DNA of 64,000 nucleotides from Gammaproteobacteria bacterium. Its GTDB lineage: Bacteria > Pseudomonadota > Gammaproteobacteria > UBA4575. The notes below the pieces were generated by a model. The model worked only from the letters and a program-made list of their open reading frames with translations. It was not told the DNA's origin and searched no databases. The stretch is from positions 1,218,962-1,282,961 of the forward strand of contig OZ244850.1 in NCBI GenBank assembly GCA_965220895.1, read 5' to 3'. The translations under genes and the position numbers were made by a program. Shown one piece after another: positions 1 through 10,113 of this stretch (the stretch's first letter is position 1; each line of letters starts with the position of its first letter).

Positions 1-1022
1 GCCGACCAGAAAGCGTTCTTCCGGCAGTTCAAGGGCAGCAGCTTCATCGGTTTCCTGGTAACCCAAGGCAAACGTTGCAGGCAGGCCAGCAAGTTTGAAA
101 TCCATGGCGGCTTCAACCATGTAGCTGGTCGGCTCGGCACCTTTTCCTTCAAATTTCATTTCGCCCATCTCGAAGTCTTCCGTTGCATCAAGATACTCGG
201 TGAAAAATGACAGGTTGCCAAAACGCAGCATGGCACTCGCAGACCAGCCACTCACGTGGTCGCTGTATATGCCATCTTCACCTAGATTGTCTGCGACCAG
301 TTCCTGCAGGTTGTCGGAATCACCGATGTTGCTGATATACGACAGGTTCAGGCCAAACCCTGTGTCTTCCCCTTCTGCAGAGTAGCCAACGGCCACACCG
401 AAACTGTCGACCTCGGAGTCTCCATCTTCATCGAGATCACCGTTGAAAGTATAGACCGCACCATGAAGGCCACCGGATTCAATACCGAATTGCAATGCGG
501 ATTCCCTTGTTTCCCCGAGCTCGAGGGTCAAGGAGTCAGAGATGAAGTTGCTCTCGAACACCCCGAACGGGACAAAATACTGGCCTGCCTTGAATGACCA
601 GAGGCCTGGCCCGAACGTCATCACGGCTATATTGACTTCCAAGGGCGTGTCATCTTCCTCATAGCGAAGAGCCACTTCGGCACCTACCATGTCCGTGATC
701 TGGGCTGCAATTCCAAGTTCTACCTTTGCCACATCAGATTCCTCACCCTCTCCACTCAGGTCCACGTAGGCAGCCTCGATTTGCACGAGACCACCAATCT
801 CAACGGAGTTGAACCAGCCGTCCTCTTGTCCGGATCGCTTTGCCAGCTGGCTGCCCTTTTCGATAATTACTTCATCCTCAGCGGCAACCCGCGCTTCCAA
901 ATGTTGTGTACCCCGTTCCATATTGGCAAGACGTTCTTCGATGACTTCTTGAGCCTGTGCCGGCATGTGCCCGCCAAGAATGACTACGCACAAAATAATG
1001 AGGTTCCCTAAATTTCTCGCAT
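1..1022 (-). CDS. LbtU-family (siderophore/iron) outer-membrane porin; runs off the left edge; start codon problematic
   Basis: Manual translation: signal peptide ...LIILCVVILGGHMPAQA, a coiled-coil, then NSVEIGGLVQIEAAY...KVELGIAAQI...VALRYEEDDTPLEV and GQYFVPFGVFESNFISDSLTLELGETRE, as in LbtU-like porins. The SD-preceded ATG at 1022 is out of frame; an in-frame ATG lies at 1056. Confidence 0.7.
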
Positions 1023-1038
1023 TATGCTCCCAAATACT

Positions 1039-1057
1039 AATGCGTATTATTATCATT
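1039..1057. promoter_or_regulatory. Fur-box-like 19-bp operator
   Basis: AATGCGTATTATTATCATT (minus strand AATGATAATAATACGCATT), a 9-1-9 inverted repeat immediately upstream of the porin. Confidence 0.7.
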
Positions 1058-1452
1058 TCTGTTTGTGTATGTAAACCACTCTTTCTCTATAAAAGCAACG
1101 ACGGGCTGACAGCTAAGTATCTAGCCAAGATGCATTGAAGACCTGATGGATATCTCCAAGTTGTCTGAAACTTTAGGGAATTATCCTCTTTGTATATTGC
1201 TTGCAGAGCTTGCCCTACCTAGTCCCTAAACCTTGCTAAGTGTACAGGTATGCTTGGTCTGTGGGTCAATGGGTCGTCAAATGTTGACCCTATTTTTCGC
1301 TGCAAGCTCGAGATACTCCTCAATAAAACAAGCAACTTGTGTCCTGACTGGTGCCTTCGCATTCGCTAACTGAACAACTGCCAAAGCCTTCATGGTCGTA
1401 AATCGCGAGAATAATTCCACCACCACCTTCTCAAATCAAGGTTTGGCAAAAT

Positions 1453-2961
1453 TCAGGGATTTGTCCTCAGATGTCGCCAGGCAATAGTGATGGACGTCAG
1501 CGAAAATAATGCAACTGCGCCGCATAGCAGTATAAGCAAAATGTCCCAAAGTGGTCGGCGTTGGATCAGGATATTGAAATCCAGTGTATGCAGTCCGTTG
1601 TAGAGCCATCGTTGTACACGTTTTTTGAAAGTCAATCGCCCCAGTAACTGGCCTGTTTGGACATGAATATGAAACCATGTCGATTCAGGATCTGAAAATT
1701 TGACTCTTATCACCGGCATTGGGCGAAAACGCTCATGGTGCGAATAATAATAGCTGTCATAGTCTTCCAGGTACTCCATGGATGATGCTTCACTGTCCGG
1801 GAGCAAATGGTTTATCGCCGATTGTATCTGTGGAGCCAAGTCGGCTTCAGTAAGTGGATTCTTGCCGTGCAAAGACCGGAACACATCAGGGGAATGGTGC
1901 AGGGCAAGCAAGGACTGCCCTGCAACCCAATGCCAGTTCAATTCCTTGATATCGTCAGCCTGGTGTTGTTGCAGTAGTTGACGGATTTCCTCCGCAGTGG
2001 AATAGACCAGCTTCAAACTGCCGATATCCGCCCGCTGCTGGTAACGCCATAATTGTTGCGCAAAGCTGGTTTTGGCATCGAACAGGCCCCAGGGTGTCAT
2101 CGACATGAAGCCGCTGAACATAAAGGTCGTCAAAAAAAATGCAAAGGTCAAACCGGCAATGTGATGGAGTTTCATCACCCCCTCGTAGGGACTCACATCC
2201 TTCCCCCGGTAACGCCGCCGGACACGCAGGCTCATGAGGCCGATGACAATGCCGCTTAGCACCGAGGATAACCCCACCAGGGAAAGTGCGATCAATAAAT
2301 TTGCCCACACCGTACGGTGTTTGCGCAGCTGCACCGGATAAATCCAGTGCAAGTTGGCACCAAGCCAGTTCCAGACACGTTCGTTGCGCGTCACATCCCG
2401 GACCACCTGGCCTGTACTGGAAGAGACATAAAGCCAGGTTGCGGCAGTGTCCTGTAGTGTGACTTTATGCAGCGGCCGGTGTGAGTTCAGCGCGCTGGAA
2501 ACCGTCCACTGGTCCACTTCCAGCAGGCTCAGGTGAAGAGCCTCGGTCGATTTCTCTTGAGCCTGCTGCGTCTGAAAAAACGTCCTGGCAGCACTTGTGG
2601 CGTGCTCGGCCGTCGGTTTTTCCAGCCACTCGCCGGTGTCAGCATAAAGCCCCAGCCAGGGATGTCCTGCCTGTTTCAATAAATAGGCAGGGCGGCTTGA
2701 GACACTGCTTAAACTGAATTGCGTGACTGGGGCGTCAGGCGAGGCGCGTTGCAACAGCTTCGATGGCCCTGCGCGAATCTGCCCAGCGTCAAGGACGGGC
2801 AGACCTGCATACCGTTCTTTCTCTGTGAGTTCCGGAAAACCGACATACATCATCACCATGCCGCTCAGCGGCCACATGATAAACAACAGGCACATGCCGA
2901 CGCCGAGCCAGCGGTGAAAAAGGAACAGCCAGCGCTTGAGTTTCACGGCAACCCTCAGCAA
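1453..2961 (-). CDS. PepSY-associated TM-helix membrane protein (metal-chelate reductase type)
   Basis: FHRWLG, GANLHWIY, KLHHIAG and LYNGLHTLDF His motifs; lies downstream of a TonB receptor. Confidence 0.85.
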   Translation of the reverse strand: MLRVAVKLKRWLFLFHRWLGVGMCLLFIMWPLSGMVMMYVGFPELTEKERYAGLPVLDAGQIRAGPSKLLQRASPDAPVTQFSLSSVSSRPAYLLKQAGHPWLGLYADTGEWLEKPTAEHATSAARTFFQTQQAQEKSTEALHLSLLEVDQWTVSSALNSHRPLHKVTLQDTAATWLYVSSSTGQVVRDVTRNERVWNWLGANLHWIYPVQLRKHRTVWANLLIALSLVGLSSVLSGIVIGLMSLRVRRRYRGKDVSPYEGVMKLHHIAGLTFAFFLTTFMFSGFMSMTPWGLFDAKTSFAQQLWRYQQRADIGSLKLVYSTAEEIRQLLQQHQADDIKELNWHWVAGQSLLALHHSPDVFRSLHGKNPLTEADLAPQIQSAINHLLPDSEASSMEYLEDYDSYYYSHHERFRPMPVIRVKFSDPESTWFHIHVQTGQLLGRLTFKKRVQRWLYNGLHTLDFNILIQRRPLWDILLILLCGAVALFSLTSITIAWRHLRTNP

Positions 2962-3009
2962 ACGGCTAGCCCGGCTTCAAAGGCCGGGCCAGCGCATTCT
3001 GGATGCAAC

Positions 3010-5126
3010 TTAAAAGAAGCGATAATCCAGGCTCAGGTTGTACGTGCGTGGTTTGCCAACCAGCCACATATCAGCAAGGTAATACGGTGAAGAGGCATAA
3101 AGCTCATCAAATACATTGTCAACGCGCATTACAATGGACAGGTCCTCATTGAAGTGCCAGCGTGCAGAGGTATCGACGACCGTGTATGAAGGAATCGAGT
3201 TGTCAGGGTTCCAACGCTTACCGACATAGCGGGCATCGGCCAATAGCTGCAGCCTGTCCAGCGGAGCCCAGGCCAATCCCAGGTTGTAGGTTTCTTCAGG
3301 TGCCTCTACATCTCCTCCCCAAAATCCACCGGAAACCGTTCTATCCACATCCACAAAAGCCGCATTGGCTGTCAACTTCAAGGTATTGGTCGGCGCATAT
3401 GTCAGGCTGAGCTCTACCCCTTCGGAAGTCTTCTCCGGAATGACGATCGTAGCCTCACGGTCATCTGGATTATTTTCAACCAAGTCATTCTTGACGATGT
3501 CAAACAAGGCCAGGGTCCAGTGCAAGCGATTATCCAGCAGGCTTTGGTTGATACCGACTTCGATCAGTTCAGTCTTGGTGAAATCCAGTTCCCGGTTCAC
3601 TCTCCTGGTCTGCACGATGCTGTTGTTCGGATGGGTCGCACCGGTAGCGTACTGGGCATAAAGCACCGTAGTATCGCTCAGATCAAAGACCAGTCCCGCC
3701 CGCCCGGTCATCTCGTCCACCTCTTGATCGAAGGGCGGCGGATTGCTGATATCTTCGAAATCCGTTTCAACGTCCTCATGACGTAATCCCAGCACCAGCG
3801 TCAGCGATTTGGTGAGGCCGATCTGGCCCTCGGCAAATACCGCGTATTGGGTGACATCAGAAGTGGTTTCCGTTCGGGCCACAGAAGAAGTGAGGTCGGA
3901 GAACGTCCTGGGGTTGAAATTAAAGGCATCGACGACATCCCTGTCATTTTCCCAATCTTGTCCATTAGGATTTCCGCTGCCAAAATTGACTGCCCGCTTG
4001 AAGGTTAGATCGTTGATTTCAAAGCCTAGCGAGGTTTTCAGCTTCCGTTCGCCATCACTCGCATCAAACACAAAGTTGGTACGAAAGCCGTCGTGCTCGA
4101 CATCATGCGCGAAGATCCCCGGGTTACCGCGCATAACCGTGCCGGCAGCCCGGTCGTAGTCGTACCAATCGAGCGTTCTCCAGAAACGATCACTCTCCAG
4201 GCGGTACAGCTCAGACTGCATGAACAGGCGTTCACTTATATTCCAGTCAGCCTTAATCCGGGCAGCGCTATCTTTGTGGTGGATAGTCCCATCGCTGACG
4301 TCATAGTTTTTTTTCAGTAGTTCAGAGGGGAAATCCCCGTCGACCAGCGGTGTTCCAGAGTATCGCATGGGCTCCTGGTCACCCCAATCGTAGCGCGCTG
4401 TCAGCGAGAAATCCTTGGTGACCTGCCACAGCAATGAAGCAGAAATCATCTCGGTTTCGCTGTCAGCCCTCTCCACCCAGTTATCGGATTGGTTGTTGCT
4501 GTAATCCAGCCGGTAAGCGAGGTTATTGGTGAGCCCGCCGGTCAGGCCGAGGCCGATGAAACGGGTATCGTCTTCACCGGTGGTTATACGCAGATCACCC
4601 CTGGGTTCCTGCTGCGGCCGTTTGGGGATAACATTGTACGCACCGCCAATGCCGCCTTCACCGTACAGTACGGAGGAAGGCCCCTTCAGTACCTCGATAC
4701 GCTCAACGCCCCAGGTATTGAAGGGAAAGCTGATGGTGTTCCATGCAGTATAGTAATTGGTGCCGTCGAACAACTTGGTGACAGTCCCCTGGGTATGAAA
4801 ACCCCTAGCGGCGATGTCTTGGCCACCCTCGGCATGGTGTGCATCATTGGTGAAACCGGCGGAACGGGTGACGGCCTCTACAATGCTCGTATCCATGCGT
4901 TCACGAATTGTATCGCCCTCGATGATTTCCACCGTTGCCGGTGTTTCCTTGATGGTTAGTCCCAGCCGGCTGCCCGTCTCGTTGTCAGTATTAATGGACT
5001 CGCCATAGATCGTAATTTTTTAAGTTGAGCTCTGTCGTTTTCTTGGGCATTTAATCCCGCTGTTGTCACCAGGGTAGCAATGAAGACACCCAGTAATAGA
5101 GAAGATATATATTTTTTCGTTTTCAT
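3010..5126 (-). pseudogene. TonB-dependent receptor split by a 1-nt frameshift in an A6 run (5016-5021)
   Basis: Signal peptide MKTKKYISSLLLGV...NAQE is in one frame; ITIYGE..TGSRLGLTIKETPATVEII, the plug motif ERIEVLKGPSSVLYG and the C-terminal YRFF are in another. One extra A restores a single ORF. Confidence 0.8.
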
Positions 5127-5296
5127 CCTGATTTGCCTCTGCACTTCAGACTGGCACGGAAGCCTTTAAATTAAGAGAAAGCGGTCTTGCTACTGTCCCG
5201 CGTCAGGTACACCAACACTTGCCAAGTTTCTTCTGTGTTCTTTGGAGATAGAACTGTTAACCTCGCGTGACGTGCGATGGTATATTTTAAAAGCGC

Positions 5297-5319
5297 GAAA
5301 TGCTATAATATAACATTAT
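5297..5319. promoter_or_regulatory. Zur-box-like operator between divergent genes
   Basis: GAAATGCTATAATATAACATTAT versus the gammaproteobacterial Zur consensus GAAATGTTATAnTATAACATTTC. Confidence 0.8.
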
Positions 5320-5354
5320 GCTATAACACAACTCTATAGCATGATCCTATAAGA

Positions 5355-6833
5355 TTGCCTATCTTAGCAGCCATTTTCCTATGTATAACTCTCGCTCCCC
5401 TTTCCGGAGCGGCGGATGTGGAGCGCGAGCGGGTCCTAGCTGTTATAGAGCCTGCCGAAGATTTCACTCGGGCAGAAGCCTACGAACTTCGGCCTGGCGG
5501 AGCAGCCACTGTTTTCAAAATGCAGAATCGAGATGCCTTCTCGCATCCATCTGCCAACATGCCCTTTGAGCGTCAACTCGATTTCCGGATAGGCAATGGA
5601 ATTTTCAGAAAAATATGGGTGTCATCCCCGAGTTCGACCACGTCTTCAGATGGTTTGGGGCCACTTTTTAATGCGCGTTCTTGCCAGCGCTGTCACCTGA
5701 AAGACGGGCGCGGACATCCTCCAGCAGAGGGTAAAAAAGCCGAGTTGATGCTTCTGAAGCTGTCAATTCCACCACAAAATGAAACCCAGCGGTCTGCACT
5801 TTTGCAAAACCGCATCAGCAACATCCCTGAGCCCACGTACGGAACCCAGTTGCAGAATTTCTCAGTTCAGGGCATACGAAGCGAGGGAGAATTCACCCTT
5901 CGGTACAAGGAGTTGCCCGTGCAGCTTGCCGATGGGGAAATCATCAATCTCAGCGCCCCGACGTACCGAATCGTGGACCTCCAGTACGGTGCCTTGCATC
6001 CCGATACGATGGTCTCGCCCCGGGTCGCCCCGCCAGTGATCGGGATGGGTCTGCTTGAGGCTATCCCGGAAGCGGACATCTTGCGTCATGCCGACCCGGA
6101 TGACCTCGACGGGGATGGTATTTCCGGGCGGCCAAGACAGGTGTGGAGCGACGAACATCAGAACGTGATGCTGGGTCGGTTCGGCTGGAAAGCCGGACAG
6201 GCCACCATCGTGCAGCAGGCGGCCAGCGCCTTCCAGACCGACATCGGAATTTCTACCCCCCTCTATCCTGTCCCGTACGGCGACTGTACCCCTACCCAGG
6301 GGTACTGTGTGGCAGGCCCGCATGGGGATGTTCCTGCCCAGGATGGCATCGAGGCCGTGACAGAGATGTTCGACCTGTTGGTTTTCTACACCCGCAATCT
6401 GGCTGTCCCGGCAAGGCGCAAGGTCGATGATCCGCAGGTGCTTGAAGGCAAGCGCCTGTTCTATGAAGCGCAGTGTGCTGCATGCCATGTGCCGAAATTT
6501 GTGACTCGGCGAGACTCGATAGGTGAGGAGCAGTCTTTCCAGCTCATCTGGCCCTACACGGACCTGTTGTTGCACGACATGGGAGAAGGCTTGGCGGACC
6601 ATCGGCCCGAGGGTCAGGCCACTGGGCGAGAATGGCGCACTCCACCTCTTTGGGGAATTGGACTCACAGAAACGGTCAGTGGCCATACCCGCTTTTTGCA
6701 TGATGGCCGTGCGCGAAACCTTCTTGAAGCCATACTCTGGCATGATGGCGAGGCACGGGCTGCCAAGCTTCGAGTTACCCAGATGACCCAAGCAGAGCGC
6801 AGCGCACTGCTAGCTTTCCTGAACTCGCTTTGA
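5355..6833 (+). CDS. Di-heme oxidoreductase family protein (DUF1111)
   Basis: Two CxxCH motifs (CQRCH, CAACH), DGLGPLFNA, GRFGWKA, WRTPPLWGIG and LHDGRAR motifs; signal peptide. Confidence 0.88.
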   Translation: MPILAAIFLCITLAPLSGAADVERERVLAVIEPAEDFTRAEAYELRPGGAATVFKMQNRDAFSHPSANMPFERQLDFRIGNGIFRKIWVSSPSSTTSSDGLGPLFNARSCQRCHLKDGRGHPPAEGKKAELMLLKLSIPPQNETQRSALLQNRISNIPEPTYGTQLQNFSVQGIRSEGEFTLRYKELPVQLADGEIINLSAPTYRIVDLQYGALHPDTMVSPRVAPPVIGMGLLEAIPEADILRHADPDDLDGDGISGRPRQVWSDEHQNVMLGRFGWKAGQATIVQQAASAFQTDIGISTPLYPVPYGDCTPTQGYCVAGPHGDVPAQDGIEAVTEMFDLLVFYTRNLAVPARRKVDDPQVLEGKRLFYEAQCAACHVPKFVTRRDSIGEEQSFQLIWPYTDLLLHDMGEGLADHRPEGQATGREWRTPPLWGIGLTETVSGHTRFLHDGRARNLLEAILWHDGEARAAKLRVTQMTQAERSALLAFLNSL

Positions 6834-7000
6834 TGAAGGGGCTGAGACTGATGAGAGCCTCAATCAGGCAGGCTGTACCGGACAATGCGGTCAGTGATTG
6901 TCTCAATCTGCCTCAAGGACTGCAGACGACAGTCCGATAAAATCGGCTTATACCTCTTTTTGGCGAGGGAGAAGTGAGGTGTCTACCCATATCGTGCTGT

Positions 7001-7027
7001 GAACTTTCAAGGATATTTGCCCTCTAA
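7001..7027 (+). promoter_or_regulatory. sigmaE (RpoE/AlgU) promoter
   Basis: GAACTT-N16-TCTAA, an exact consensus match. Confidence 0.8.
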
Positions 7028-7032
7028 GCAAT

Positions 7033-7148
7033 AGTGCTAGTGCTACGAGCACGACCCGCTTCCCTCCCTAAAGCGGGCATTTTCGACTTGGATTTCCAAC
7101 CGAGTCACGATTCGCCCCGGTTCTCCTTTAGACCGGGGCACTTTTTTA
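7033..7148 (+). ncRNA. Putative sigmaE-dependent small RNA convergent with engB (positional analogue of ErsA/Spot 42)
   Basis: sigmaE promoter, four hairpins (7040-7052, 7055-7077, 7085-7106, 7114-7139) with CU-rich loops, and a U-tract terminator. Confidence 0.7.
7114..7148 (+). terminator. Rho-independent terminator
   Basis: GCCCCGGT-loop-ACCGGGGC followed by ACTTTTTT. Confidence 0.8.
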
Positions 7149-7154
7149 TCCCGA

Positions 7155-7766
7155 TCAGTGTTGCCCTAAAGTCTGGTCGACCCAGGCGGAAATTTTTTCC
7201 TGTACCTGAGCGATGCCGATCCTCTGTGTAGCGGAAAATATCTGTGTACCTGCATGGCATCCATGCTGCTCCATCTCGGAAGTGACTTGAGTCAACGATT
7301 TGGCCATTGAATTTCTGCTCACCTTGTCGGCCTTGGTCAGCAGGATGTGAAGAGCGAGTTTGTAATATTGGCTCCAGCGAATCATGGTCCAGTCTATCTC
7401 GGTCAGTGGATGACGAATATCCATCAATAAAATCAGACCACATAATGCATGGCGGTGAACCAGGTAGGATTCCATTAGGCCTTGCCACTGGCGTTGTACA
7501 TGTGCAGGCGCTTTTGCATAGCCATAACCGGGCAGATCAACCAGTCGGGTGTCCCCATCCAGCCTGAAAAAATTGATTAACTGTGTGCGTCCAGGGGTCT
7601 TGCTGGTGCGGGCCAAGTTGCTTTGTCGGCATATTGCATTGATTGTGCTTGACTTACCGGCATTGGAGCGCCCACAAAAGGCAACTTCTGCCCCTGCATC
7701 CTCAGGGAAGTCTTGCAGGCTGCCGGCACTTGTTAAAAATCGTACTTGTTGAAAGGGCAGGCTCAT
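7155..7766 (-). CDS. engB: Ribosome biogenesis GTPase EngB/YihA
   Basis: GRSNAGKSS, TSKTPGRTQLINFF, DLPGYGYA, TKADK. Confidence 0.96.
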   Translation of the reverse strand: MSLPFQQVRFLTSAGSLQDFPEDAGAEVAFCGRSNAGKSSTINAICRQSNLARTSKTPGRTQLINFFRLDGDTRLVDLPGYGYAKAPAHVQRQWQGLMESYLVHRHALCGLILLMDIRHPLTEIDWTMIRWSQYYKLALHILLTKADKVSRNSMAKSLTQVTSEMEQHGCHAGTQIFSATQRIGIAQVQEKISAWVDQTLGQH

Positions 7767-7927
7767 GTCACCACAGTTACTGCGTGATTCCAGATCTCGG
7801 CAATAGGTCTCGTGATCGATTCAGGGACTGAAAGCCACTGCCCCGCGCCACAGGGTAGCAACGGGTTCCGCGCAGTTCATCTTCTGGGATCTCACCTCTA
7901 ATATTTCAACTTTAGCTTGAACCTGAT

Positions 7928-8245
7928 TCAGTTGTTATTTCCTTCATAAAGCTTTCTGGCGCTTTTCAAATCCTGTTCCCATACTGCCATCGCGAGCTTG
8001 AGAAGAAACGCCCTCCACGTTTCCAGGCTGTCCCTTTCAGCATCCGGGTACGGGATCTTGTGTTTTTTCAGGATTTCCCTGGACAAGTAATCGAGTTTTA
8101 CAATGATATGGTCCGGCATGTCCTGTCGTTTTTGGCTGGCGCATATCAGCACATCATCCAGACATCCTTCCACCATGAACTGACAGTCCCGTTGAAACCT
8201 GTGGCTAGGACGTAGTCGTTGCCAGAATTTACGCATCCGCTTCAT
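7928..8245 (-). CDS. Hypothetical protein
   Basis: 105-aa ORF with protein-like composition filling the intergenic gap; no recognisable motif. Confidence 0.55.
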   Translation of the reverse strand: MKRMRKFWQRLRPSHRFQRDCQFMVEGCLDDVLICASQKRQDMPDHIIVKLDYLSREILKKHKIPYPDAERDSLETWRAFLLKLAMAVWEQDLKSARKLYEGNNN

Positions 8246-8650
8246 GTCACTTTGTCATGCAGCTGGTGTGGTGCCAGTAACAGCCAAAAACTTGTCTCAT
8301 GACCCATATAGGGGTATATGCCCTTGAAATCAGGTGTTGTCCTGCATAGTTTTCAAATCCCGGATCTCAGGTAGCTAAGCTGTCCCGTACGGTGGCACTT
8401 GAGCACTTTCTGAACTCTTGAATGTCTGGCCGTCGGTTCAATCCTGCTTGCAAAATGATTCACGTACCCATCTTACACCTCTTGATTTTAGGTTGCAGGG
8501 GCGAGGCACCCGTATTTGAGGTCGACGATACTTTGCGGCTGTGCCTGCTTTTATGATATACAACGGCTTCTTTGGTCGGCCCATATCTGTACGGCGTTGA
8601 CCTCTAACTGCAGTACGATACAGCAGGATTTTTTATTCAGGACCGGATGT

Positions 8651-9277
8651 ATGAAGAGACTGTGCATGTTGGCGCTTTGCCTGATATTTACCACGTGGGT
8701 CAGCGCGGGGGGTGACCCAGATGCTGGAAAGCAAAAAGCGACCGCTTGTGCGGCATGTCATGGGGTTGATGGGAACAGCGCCAATCCAGCCTGGCCAAAA
8801 CTTGCGGGTCAGGGCGAAAAATACTTGGCCGGACAAATGCGTTTGTTCAAGAACAAGATTCGTGTGAATACCTTGATGAATCTTCAGGTGGAAAATTTGT
8901 CCGAGCAGGATATACAGGACATCGCGGCCTATTTTTCCAGCCAGGTGGCGAATTTGGGCACTGCCGATGCTGACAAGGAGCATCAGGGCGAAAAATTGTA
9001 CAAGATTGGAGAAAGAATTTATCGTGGCGGCAATGCTGCGACAGGTGTGCCGGCCTGCATGTCTTGTCATGGTCCCAACGGGTTCGGCAATGTACCAGCA
9101 CAATTCCCACGTCTTGCGGGCCAGCATGCACAATATACTGCAGCGCAACTGCGGGCATATCAAAGTGGTGCGAGGTACCATCCAGAGGATCACTTGAATA
9201 CGATGCCGGGCATTGTCGGCTACATGACGGAGGTCGAAATCGATGCAGTTGCAGAATACATTGCAGGCCTACATTAG
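8651..9277 (+). CDS. Cytochrome c4 (di-heme)
   Basis: Signal peptide from MKRLCML, CAACH and CMSCH, PKLAGQ; usual engB-c4-dsbA synteny. Confidence 0.93.
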   Translation: MKRLCMLALCLIFTTWVSAGGDPDAGKQKATACAACHGVDGNSANPAWPKLAGQGEKYLAGQMRLFKNKIRVNTLMNLQVENLSEQDIQDIAAYFSSQVANLGTADADKEHQGEKLYKIGERIYRGGNAATGVPACMSCHGPNGFGNVPAQFPRLAGQHAQYTAAQLRAYQSGARYHPEDHLNTMPGIVGYMTEVEIDAVAEYIAGLH

Positions 9278-9367
9278 GGCAGGTATCGCTGCGATGCATT
9301 GATGAATGTGAGGCAGGGTCTCAGCAGGGGCATGCGATTTGCAATTAGCTGGCCTGATGTGCGCCTG

Positions 9368-10018
9368 ATGAAAAATACAAACATACCTCGTAGTTCCATT
9401 TTTTGGCTGCTGATTGCGTTCATCGCTACTGTCTTCACGACAGCGTCGGCGGATGAGTTTGAAGAGGGCTACCACTACCACAGGATATCGCCTGCTTTGC
9501 CATTGCAGGTGGATGCCGGTCATGTGGAAGTTTTAGAGTTGTTTTGGTATGGCTGTCCCCATTGTTACGTCTTTGAAGAGTATCTGACTGAATGGGAACG
9601 GGAAAAGGCGGACCATGTGAAGCTTGTGCGTTTGCCGGCAGTCATGAATCGCAACTGGGTGCCACAGGCCCGTGCATATTTTGCCTTGCAGAAGATGGGA
9701 GAAGCAGAAAGGGTGCATGCCCTTTTTTATGAAGCTCTCCATGTGCAGGGACGGCGATTGCGAGACATGAAATCCATTTCACGCTTTCTGGGCCAGCATG
9801 GCATTGACACAGGCTCGTTTGAAGAAGTTTACAGGTCTCCCGGTGTTTCCGAACAAATTCAGCATTCCAGGCAACTGGCACGGGACTCTGGGGCCAGATC
9901 TGTACCCACAATCATTGTGAATGGAAAGTACCGGTCCACGGCTGGCGATGTCGGCAGCTATGACCTGCTCCTGCAACTTATGGATCACCTTGTTTTGCAG
10001 GAAACGAATTCACCCTGA
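9368..10018 (+). CDS. dsbA: Thiol:disulfide interchange protein DsbA
   Basis: FWYGCPHC active site and cis-Pro SVPTIIVNGKY; start chosen at MKNTN. Confidence 0.92.
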   Translation: MKNTNIPRSSIFWLLIAFIATVFTTASADEFEEGYHYHRISPALPLQVDAGHVEVLELFWYGCPHCYVFEEYLTEWEREKADHVKLVRLPAVMNRNWVPQARAYFALQKMGEAERVHALFYEALHVQGRRLRDMKSISRFLGQHGIDTGSFEEVYRSPGVSEQIQHSRQLARDSGARSVPTIIVNGKYRSTAGDVGSYDLLLQLMDHLVLQETNSP

Positions 10019-10113
10019 TCGGAAAACTAGCGAGAGTACCTACATGTCAAGTAGCAAAGATCAGCGTTCGCCTGCACTGGAAATGAAGTTTCTACAATAC
10101 ATGAGGCTGCATC

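Noticed and set aside
1263-1297. GGGTCAA-N14-TTGACCC inverted repeat as a REP or transposon end
   Set aside because: Single short copy with no associated transposase.
5150-5260. Possible cobalamin riboswitch upstream of the TonB receptor
   Set aside because: Only a faint AAGAGAAAGCGG...GCTACTGT resemblance, on the wrong strand for the receptor and without a B12 box; a Zur box explains the region better.
8300-8318. CsoR/RcnR-like operator (ACCCATATAGGGGTAT)
   Set aside because: Only one good half-site, and no cognate regulator or target nearby.
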